This document shows positions 53,784 to 64,000 of a stretch of 64,000 nucleotides of DNA, in pieces. A model generated the notes under the pieces. It was not told where the DNA came from and made no database searches. It was given only the letters and a program-made list of their open reading frames with translations. Numbering within the stretch: the first letter of the stretch is position 1; each line of letters starts with the position of its first letter. The translations under genes were made by a program, and so were the position numbers. The stretch spans positions 221,032,001 to 221,096,000 of the forward strand of contig NC_058368.1 of NCBI RefSeq assembly GCF_018350175.1. Direction: 5' to 3'. The stretch is from Felis catus. Lineage: Eukaryota.

Positions 53784-56435
53784 TCTGTTGTTTCATTATT
53801 GGTGTATAGAATGAAACCAATTTCTGTGCATTGATTTTCTATCTTGTGACTTTGCTGAATTCATGGATCAGTTCTAGCAGTTTTTTGGTGGAATGTTTGG
53901 GTTTACCATATAGAGTATCATGTGGTCTGTGAGAGCAAAAGTTTGACTTCCTCCTAGCTGATTTGGATGCCTTTTTTTTCCTTTATGTCGTCTGATTCCT
54001 GAGGCTAGGACTTCCATACTCTTTTGAATAACAGTGGTGAGAGTGGACATCCCTGTCTTGTTCCTGACCTTAAGGGAAAATCTCTCAGTTTTTCCCCACT
54101 GAGGATGATATTAGCAGTGGGTCTTTCATATATGGCTTTTAAGATCTTGAGGTATGATCCTTCTATCCCTACTTTCTTGAGGGCTTTTACTCAGAAAGGA
54201 TGCTGTATTTTGCCAAATGCTTTCTCTGCATCTATTGAGAGGATCATGTGGTTCTTGTCCTTTCTTTTATTGATGTGATGAATCACATTAATGAATCATG
54301 GATATTGAACCAGCCCTGCATCCCAGGTATAAATCCCGGCTGGTCATGGTGAATAATTCTTTTAATGTATTGTTGAATCTGGTTGGCTGGTATCTTGTTG
54401 AGGATATTTGCATCCACGTTATTCAGGGAAATTGGTCTGTAGTTCTCCTTTTTAATGTGGTCTTTTTCTGGTTTTGGAATTAAGGTAATGCTGGCTTCAT
54501 AGAATGAGTTTGGAAGTTTTCCTTGAATTTCTATTTTTTGATGCAGCTTCAACATGATAGGTGTTAACTCTTCTTTAAATGATGATAGAATTTCCTTGGA
54601 AAGCCATCCAGCCCTGGACTCTTGTTTTTTGGGAGATTTTTGATTACTGATTCGATTTCTTTACTGGTTATGGGTCAATTCAAATTTTGTATTAATTCTC
54701 TTTTCAGTTTTGGTAGTTTATGTGTTTCTAGGAATTTGTCCATTTCTTCCATATTGCCCATTTTACTGGTGTATAATTGCTCATAATATTCTCTTAATAT
54801 TGTTTGTATTTCTGCAGTATTGGTTGTGATCTCTTCTCTTTTATTCCTGATTTAATTTATTTGGATCCTTTCCATTTTCTTTTCATTCAGACTGAATAGG
54901 GGTTTATCAATTTTGTTAATTTTTTCAAAGAACAAGTTCCTGGTTTCATTGTTCAGTTCTACTGTATTTTGGTTTCTATAGCATTGATTTCTGCTCTAAT
55001 CTTTATTATTTCCTGTCTTCTGTTGTTTTTTGGGTTTTAGTTGCTATTCTTTTTCCAGCTCTTTAAGGTATAGGGTTAGGTTGTGCATCTGAGAGCTTTC
55101 TTCCTTCTTTAGGAAGGCCTGGATCACTGTATACTTTCTTTTTATGACCACCTTTGCTACGTCCCAGAGATTTGGGGCTGTGGTATCATTTTCATTTGTA
55201 TCCATGTACTTTTTAATTTCCTCTTTAACTTCTTGGTTATTAGCCCATTCATTATTTAGTAGTATGTTCTTTAATCTCCAAGTATTTGTTGTCTTTCTAA
55301 ATTTTTTTCTTGTGGTTGATTTCTAGTTTCATAGCATTGTTGTCTAAAATATGCACAGTATGATCTTGATCTTTTTGTACTTGTTGAAGGCTGATTTGTG
55401 TCCCAGTATGTGATCTATTCTAGGGAATGTTCCATGTGCACTCAAGAAGAATGTGTATTCTGCTGCTTTTAGGATGAAATGTTCTGAATATATCTGTTAA
55501 GTCCATCCAGTCCAGTGTGTCATTCAAAGCCATTGTTTTCTTATTGATTTTGTGTTTAGATCATCTGCCCATTGCTATAAGTGTGGTGTTGAAGTCCCCT
55601 ACTATTATGGCATTGTTATCAATGAGTTTCTAGATGTTTATGATTAATTGATTTATATATTTGGTTGCTACTATGTTTGGAGCATAAATGTTTATAATTG
55701 TTAGATCCCTTATGTTTATAATTGGATAGATCCCTTAATTATGACATAATGCCCTTCTTCATTTCTTGTTACAGTCTTTATTTCAAAAAATTTTTAAATG
55801 TGGATAGGTCTGCTGCAAACCTGGTCTGAGTAGTTTGTGAATTTGACTATGATATGCTTTGTTGATGTTTGGTTTTTGTTGAACCTGTTGGGAGTTCTTT
55901 GTGCTTGCTGGATTTTGATGTCTGTGTCTTTCCCCGGGTTAGGAACAATTTCTGCTATTATTTGCTCATATAAACCTTCTACAACTTTTTCTCTCTCTTC
56001 ATCTGGGACCCCGATGAGTTGGATGTTATTCATTTTTAATGAGTCACCGAGTTCTCTAATTCTTATTTTGTGCTCTTTTGCCTTAGTTCCCCTCCTTTTT
56101 TCTGCTTCATTATTCTCCATAAGTTTTTCCTTTGTATCGCTGATTAACTGCTCTGTTTCATCCATCCGTGTCGTGTTATCCACTTGAGATTGCCTCTCAG
56201 TTATACATTTTTAATTTTGTCCTGGCTAGATTTTACTTCTTTTATCTCCACAGAATAAGATTCCCTGCTTTTTTCAGCCCCAGCTAGTATTCTTATTATT
56301 GTGATTGTAAATTCTGGTTCAGACATCTTGCTTGTATTTGTGTTAAGTCCCTAGCTGTCATTTCTTCCTGTTCCTTCTTTTGGGATGAATCCCTTCATTT
56401 CTTCATTTTGGATGAAGAAAAATAATAAAATAAAA

Positions 56436-56477
<42 letters not shown>

Positions 56478-56919
56478 AAAAACAACAGAAAAAAACACAG
56501 GAAGCTAGATCCTAGTTGTATTTTTGTCTGATTGTTGAAAGAAACTTGATAAAATAGAGAAACAAAGGGGGAAAAAAAGAAAAGAAAACAAAGGGAAAAA
56601 AAGGAAAACGTTTGAAAATTAACATAAATGAATACAAATAAAATAAAATAAAATGGTGAAAGTAAGCTAGCATTCAAAAATTACAAAAAAGTAAAAATAT
56701 ATTAGAAAACATTAAAGAAAATATTTTTCATAAAAATGGAAAATAAATTTTTTTCTCTTTCTGCCAAGTTCTGTTATTCAAGTTGTGCAGATTGTTATGT
56801 TAATCCTCAGATCAGTTTTCTAGGTGTGCAAGATGGCTTGGTGTTGATCTAGCTGCATTTCAGGGATGAGAGGGGCAAAAAAACTTCCATGCTGCTCTGC
56901 CACCTTGCCCCCCACCCAC
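53784..56919 (-). mobile_element. Felid/carnivore L1 5' segment (5'UTR start, ORF1, ORF2 EN-RT part) with internal deletions
   Basis: RT remnant [46 protein letters not shown]1 remnant (ATG near 56406, RIRELGDSLK..IQLIGVP); 5' end ggggggcaaggtggcagagcagcatgg. Confidence 0.95.
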
Positions 56920-58869
56920 CCAAGGGACAGAAGGGTTTCAAGGAATTATGATTAACTGATAATTTAAAGGGAACCATTTTCTTAAGTACCCTCAACTGTG
57001 GGTTGCTGAAATTTGAATGAAAGGAAGACCAAGAAATGACCATTGCATTTGGTAAAATGAAACTGTGGGTGGATTTGAAGGTAATTTCACTGAAATAGTT
57101 GGGCTTGAGTCCAATTAGGACAAGAATGGAGACAACAAAGTAGTGGCAGCAAATCCAGTTCGAGCTGTCTTGAGTTTTGCTGTGGAAGAAACCTGCATAT
57201 GATAGCCACAGTTGAGGGTACTGAGGAAAATGTTTCCCTTTAAATTAAGCTACGTTTGCTCTTTTGTAAAATCTGAAGATAGTCCATTATCACCTGATAT
57301 CAATTAATAAAATCAAAGCTCAATTACCTCACGATGGATTTCCGGTTTGTAGATTAACCATAACACCAGTAAAATAGTTAATCTATGAAATATCTGTATA
57401 TATCGTAAGTTTCAATTTTTTAGAACTACATAGGTCCTACTAGATGAAGTGAAGCTATTACACTGTATTTTTACCTTCTTATTTACTGACAAACCTGTAT
57501 ATAGAGAATGGATGACCATACATGTTTTCTTTGTTCGCTCAAAAAGAAATCAACTTTCCCAAAGGCCAAAAAATTAGTTGATTAGAGAATACAAAGTGTC
57601 TTGGCTATGATACACATGAGTTAGTATTTGAGACCCTACACATAGCGATGATGAGATATCCAATGATGGAAAAGTAAATGTTTTTGGATAAATGTTAGGA
57701 TAAACTAAGGGGATATGGAGAGACACTGACAGCAGTGCTACAACCACCTAATACATCAACCTCTTTTCATATCTTTCACATTATATTGTGGGTTTTTAAG
57801 GGAAAAAACAGACGAAAATTAATATCTCTAATTTTCTAAAGGTTTTAAAACTAGAAAGCTCTATATTTACTGCTTTTATTGTGTATCTAGATACATCATA
57901 ATACACTGTAAAGATTCAGATTATATAAGGTAGATAAGATATGAAACTGTTGCAGGAACATTAGAAAATATGTGTTAAAAAACATTCACACACTCTACTT
58001 TCATTTATTACTTTTATGGCAGGAACAAAAGTGAGAGCAATATATGTGCATAAATAAACTGTCTAAGCTATGTTATCAAGACCATCCTTGCCAGCATGTT
58101 CTTTGTTAAATGGTATATTTTGTATATACCAGAAGTCTTTACAGTTATTAAGGGAAGTATATTGAGTGGCAGGTTCAAAGGAAAATAAGTGGACTATTAA
58201 GTAGTTATTTTTCATAAGTCCTAGATTTAGGAAGTGCCACGACATTTATTAAACAGACTCAAAGTTCAAATTTAAGATAAATTAATTATGCAAGTTGATT
58301 GACAGAATAATCAAAATAATTTCAGACCTTTAAACCCTGTGTAGTTATTTGTCTATAAAAACTACCCCATGTAAAGTTAATAATAGAGACTGATGGGTGG
58401 GGTAGGGGGAGTGAGGAAGTTTCCAGAGGAAAAAAGGGTGCTCAACAGCCACATTTTCAATCACTGCACCATTCATGATTATAACCTTCCATGAATTTTC
58501 CATTCAGTCCTCTCTTGAGTCTTTTCTTCTATAAATTCCCTTAATTCATATAGACTAGTTATGTAATTAAACACTGGGTAAACTATAATTTATATTAATT
58601 AACCCGTTATTGAAGCATATTGATCAACATAAGTATTAATTGATATTTATTTATAAAAATGTATTTTTACAATTCTATCCTGAATAGGTTTACAGCCCTG
58701 GGATATGTTGCCTTATATTTTAATTTTATCCCAAATTTAGAATGCAATGTAAGTAGACAAGGGGAATGCTATTTACTAAGATTATCTTCAGGAAGATGGT
58801 ATATTTAAGAAAATATAAGAGTAGTGTATTATCTGAAAATATCCTTTTAATAACAAATTTATTCCTGTT

Positions 58870-60200
58870 AAAATTTTTTTGAGGAACCTCCATATTGTTT
58901 TCCATAGTGGCTACACCAGTTTATATTCCCACCAAGAGTCCATGAAGGTTCCCTTTATAATCTTGCCAATACTTGTTATTTCATCTTTTTGATAACAGTC
59001 TTTCTGATAGGTGTGAGGTGATATCTCATTGTGGTTTTGATTTGCATTTTCCTGATGATGGGTGATGTTGAGCATCTTTTCATGTGTCTGTTAGCCATCT
59101 GTATGTCGTTTTTGGAAAAATGGCTATTAAAGTCCTCAGATTTGTTGTTGTTATTGAGCTGTGTGGGTTCTTTATATGTATTAGCTATTACCCTCATATT
59201 GAATATATGATTTGTAAATATCTTCTCCTATTCAATAGGTTGCACTTTTATTTTATTGATGGTTTCCTTTGCTGAGCAAAAACATTTTAGTTTGAGGTAG
59301 TCCCACTTGTTTATTTTGCTTTCATTACCATTGCTTTTGTAGTCAGATTATCCATATCTATATCATCTATATCTATCTATAGATCTAAATCTATATCTGA
59401 ACATATATCTATCTACCTATATCTGTATCGTCTATATATCTCCCAAGAGCAATGTCAAGGAATTTATCCCCTATGTTTTCTTCTAGGAGTTTTTCTGGTT
59501 GGGGGTATTATATTCAAATCTTTAATCTATTTTGGATATTTTTTTGTCTGGTATAAGATAGCAGTCTAGTTTAATTCTTTTGCATGTGGCTGTCCAGTTT
59601 TCCCAGCACAATTTATTGAAGAGACTATCCTTTTGCCTACTTTGTCATAAAAATTAACCATACGATTCCACTCTTACACTTCAGGGTATTAATCTGAAGA
59701 AAACAAAAATACTAATTCAAAAAGATATGTGAACCCCTATGTTAATTGAAGCATTATTTGTAAGAGACAAGTTATGGAAACAGCCTAATGTCCATTGATG
59801 GATGAATGGATAAAGATATGGAACATATACACACTGGAGTATTACTGGACCATACAAAAATAAAGATTTGCATTTTGTGGCAATGTGAATGGACCTTGAG
59901 AGTATTCAGCTAAGTGAAATAAGTCAGGCAGAAAAAGATAAACACTGTATGATTCACTTAATTGTGGAAACTAAAAAACAAAAATAAAATGAAGCTTATA
60001 GATAAGGAGAACAGACTGGTGATTAAAAGAGGAGAAAGGGGTTAAGGGTTTGGCAAAAGGGGTGATGGGATCAATTGTTTGGCAACAGATGGTAACTATA
60101 CTTATTGTGGTGATCAGTTTGCAGTGCATGCAAATATTGAATTATTATGTTATACACCTGAAACTAAAATAATGAAATATACCAATTACATCTTAGTAAA
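58870..60200 (+). mobile_element. Older L1 with 5' inversion (minus 58870-59660, plus 59657-60200)
   Basis: The minus part encodes [36 protein letters not shown]; the plus part continues into an L1 3'UTR. Confidence 0.88.
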
Positions 60201-60453
60201 GGAAGAATCCATTCTTCATTCAGGAGAAAATTGTCTGACAACTAGTTAATGTATTCACATTCTCAGAGTTCTGAATCAACTGTAGCTTCTAAAAAGAGGT
60301 ACATCTCTGTATAAACTATGAAGTATACATGTAATTATGTAAAAAAATCTCTCATATAAGGAGATCCAGTAAATAATCGATTAGACAGTCATAAAATAAC
60401 CTTTAAAAATAATTTTCACACTAGTTCTCCCTATGCAGTTTTGCTACATGACT

Positions 60454-60662
60454 GTTTTTAATTTTCTTTTTTATATTTGAAAGAGAAAGAGAGCACAAGC
60501 AGGAGAGGGGGAAAAAAGAGGGTCAGAGGGGAGTACAGACGATCTCAAGCAGGCTCCACGCTGACAGCTGAGAGCCTGATGTAGGGCTCGAACTCAGGAA
60601 CCACAAGGTCATGATGAGAGCCAAAGTTGGTGGCTTAACCAACTGAGCCACCCGGGCACCCC
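60454..60662 (-). mobile_element. CAN-SINE
   Basis: TSD tgactgtttttaa / tggctgttttaa. Confidence 0.9.
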
Positions 60663-61434
60663 TGGCTGTTTTAATGTTTTAATTGCAAGAATTCTAAGGT
60701 TGGCTTTTTTAGGACATTGTTTTTCACATATATTCTTAAAACAGTTCCCAAATGGGCATGCACCATTCAAAATAAGTTAGTGTGATTTATTGCAAAAGTT
60801 GTCTCGTAATGCATGACCATCTGAAGCACTTTACAATCCCATTTTCAAAATGGATATGTATAGATAGAGATAGATGGGTAGATACATACATTTAATCCAC
60901 CTGCTTGTATCTGAGATGAAACCTGAATAGATTAGCTTATTTGTTTTGTATCTGACCAAGATCAGAGTAAGATAATTAGTCTTGCCTTTTGTAATACTCC
61001 AAAATATGTAAATTTTAAGTTATAAGTGGAGCCTTAGAATATGAGTTAACTTTGACATACCATACAAAAAGCTTTCGATATACTCTGAAATAGGTGTATA
61101 TATATATGGATAGTAGAAATTCTTTCTAGAACAACACATTACACTTTCTTCCTTCTTAACTGTGTAGCAGTGATGCACTTTACTAAATTGAGCTATTGGG
61201 CTATAACAGAATGTTGTCTAATGTAATGTGTTCTGTGATTTATGGTGGAGCTCAACATAATACCAATGGAAAAATTAAAGAACAGTCTTTTCCCCGGGTA
61301 TGCAATCAAAGTCTCATAATATTTTACACATAATGTATTATTTAACATTATCTAAATTAAACAATGACTGCTTTGTTTGTACATAGAAATTTATGTGATA
61401 AAATGATCTGAAAACACCTGAGAATTTACCCAGA

Positions 61435-61663
61435 TTTTTTTTTAATTTTGTTTTTACATGTATTTATTTTTGAGAAACAGAGTGAGACAAAGCGTGAGTG
61501 GGGGAGGGGCAGAGAGAGAAGAAGACACAGAATCCAAAGCAGGCTCCAGGCTCTGAGCAAGTGATCAGCACAGAGCCTGATGCGGGGCTCAAACCCACAA
61601 ACCGTGAGATCGTGACCTGAGCTGAAGTCGGACGCTCAACCGACTGAGCCACCCAGGCACCCC
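61435..61663 (-). mobile_element. CAN-SINE
   Basis: Full body; TSD cagatttttttt. Confidence 0.95.
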
Positions 61664-62800
61664 ACAGATTTTTTTTTTTACTTTTAGTCACTGCTACTAT
61701 TGTTCTCATAAGTTATACTCATTAATATGAATCTTTATTACATTTACTATAGAATTAATGACATGACTGTATTTAGCTGAATAGTAAATTTCCGACACAA
61801 CAAATCTAGATGGTGTTTTACTGACATTATAATTTAACACCCGCATTTATTTACTGAAAAAATATTTCATATAATTATTCACTCACAAACATTTTTCTCA
61901 GTTGCTCTGATAATTTTCCTATACATTAACAATTATAGAGAACTCAAAGATGTCAAATAAGTGAGAAAACCAGAATGAGTATAATTATATTGAACATATT
62001 TATGTATATATCATCTTCAATGTATAAAAGAAGGTCTTTTGTGGATTAAAATATAATTATTAATGATTGCATATATGCTACCTATAAGATGCATCTTTAT
62101 TTTTATGAATGCATAACAAGTGGTCTAAAATATATGGTCTGAGGCTACAAATTATAATTGCTGGTACCTTATTTCCGTCTTAGTGTGGAGTTTGTTATGA
62201 CCCTTCTATCCTTGTTTCCCGGGCATGTCCTGAATTATCTAGGGATCTATATTATAGCAGTTTTATCTGTCTTTACCTTGCCCTACATGTCTGTTAGTAT
62301 ATTAATTCTTGTCACACAATTTCAAACAATTTCATGGCTTAAAGTTGCAAAACCATGACCTGCCGTTGGTGAAGCTAAAGATAGTTCTAGCCGATTTAAA
62401 TGCTATTGCAGTGGCATTCTGGCTGCACGTTCAGGATAACCTAAGAACGCTCTTTACAGGCAGCACAGCCCCGGCATTGATGAATATTGAGCTGGCAATA
62501 GTGATGGTGTCTTTAAATCCTTTGAACTACGTTGCTCTAATTATCTCAGCACAACAAACTGATAATTTTAGGGTTCGGACTCTGTCCTCTGTCTTTACAC
62601 ACATCTTCACCGCAGACGGCCAGAGCACCTGGTAAAAATCTATCACAAAATTGTGATACTGTATGGGAAGACAAATGACTGAAAATCTGTGTTGCATTTT
62701 GTGTGCAAGTATGTGTATGGACTGGTGCAGTATTTTTTTGCCACTTCTCACTAGGATAGGATTTACATTTAGCTTCTAATAATTTAAAAAAATGAAAGAT

Positions 62801-62922
62801 GGGGCACCTGGGTGGTTCGGTCAGTTAAGCATTGAATCTTGATTTTGGATCAGGTCATGATCTTGCCATTTGTGAGCTCGAGCCCACATTGAGCTCTGTG
62901 CTGACAGTGCGGAGCCTGCTTG

Positions 62923-62970
<48 letters not shown>

Positions 62971-63067
62971 GCTCTCTCTGCCCCTCTCCTTCTTGTGTGC
63001 ACATGCTCTCTCTCTCTGTGTGTCTGTCTCTCTCTCTCTCAATAAATTAATAATCTTAAAAAAAAAA
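62801..63067 (+). mobile_element. CAN-SINE
   Basis: ggggcacctgggtggttcggtc head, (CT)n body, A tail. Confidence 0.95.
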
Positions 63068-63189
63068 CAAGGTCACCTATAACCTCTCCTTCTAATGGGG
63101 GCACAACTATGATTTTCTTATCATATGGTCATTGCATGGGAGGAAAGAAGTAACATTTTATGATATGTTATGCTATAGAGAATTACAAA

Positions 63190-63387
63190 AAATTGTGTTT
63201 ATTTTTGAGAGAGAAAGAGAGAGCAGGGGAGGGACAGAGAGAGAGGGAGACATAGAATCCAAAGCAGACTCCAGGCTCCCAGCTGTCAGCACATTTGAAC
63301 CCAATGAGGGGCTCAAACTCGTGAACTGCGAGATCGTGACCTGAGCCAAAGTTGGACGCTTAAGTGACTCAGCCCCCCAGGCACCCC
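63190..63387 (-). mobile_element. CAN-SINE
   Basis: TSD tatgctatagagaatt / tatgctacagggaatt. Confidence 0.93.
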
Positions 63388-63869
63388 TATGCTACAGGGA
63401 ATTTTTAATGCACTCACTACTCACTCAAGGATGGATGATCTAATCTAATATTATGAACACTCTTTTAAACTGTGTACAGAATGTGACAATTCTTGAGCTT
63501 GTCGGGAGAACACTGGTGTTGCTCTATAGTGAGAGGCTCCAGACCTATTCTGTGCAGTTAGTTGATGTTGCCAAATAATTACATCTCATTACATATGGGA
63601 CTGATCTATCCTCATCAATTATCTTCTTGCCGTTCTTCCGGCTGTTTAATTTTTCTTCAGATTTTAAACAACAGGAATCTCCGTTCGTGAACATTGTCTA
63701 ATTTCATACTGCTGTGCACCAATGCAAGACAATTGTGATTAGTAGGAGACAACCTAGAGAAGAGAAGAGAAAATGGATCCATTTTTGCCTCACTGTTGTC
63801 TTTTTTCACTACTTGTACATGCCTTTCTTTTTACGTCTTTGTTTTCTGGATGAAGGGAAAGGGGGGGGG

Positions 63870-64000
63870 TCTTTATTTTTTCAGCTTTATTGAAATATAG
63901 TTAATATACAACATCATATAACTTTAAGTTGCACAGTGCAATGATTTGATAAATGTATACTTTGCAAAATGATTACCCCATTAAGATTAGTTAACACATT
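63870..64000 (-). mobile_element. L1M 3' end, running off the window
   Basis: ttttcagctttattgaaatatagtt...gtgcaatgatttgata...aaatgattacccca. Confidence 0.75.

Noticed and set aside
52027..56919. Ordinary twin priming, or an active L1, as the explanation for this element
   Set aside because: The tail and TSD lie internally, which is the wrong order for twin priming. The ORFs carry frameshifts and deletions.

Overview
AT-rich, gene-poor mammalian DNA. The dense carnivore tRNA-derived CAN-SINEs, several of young feline type, and a felid/carnivore L1 point to a cat-family genome (inference). No intact protein-coding gene, rRNA, tRNA or CRISPR array is supported; most ORF-track entries are translations of SINE, L1 or low-complexity DNA. 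The window holds about 25 CAN-SINEs of several ages, L1, L2, MIR, CR1/L3, MaLR/ERV LTR and MER5 fragments, microsatellites, and a decayed GC-rich probable processed pseudogene (about 5.8-7.7 kb, parent not identified). The strongest observation is an L1 at 52.0-56.9 kb whose two 20-bp target-site duplication (TSD) copies are reverse complements. This suggests its 3' ~1.7 kb, with tail and TSD, was inverted in place. A separate L1 at 58.9-60.2 kb has the classic twin-priming 5' inversion. Repeat family names come from recalled consensus features, not database searches, and boundaries of old repeats are approximate.
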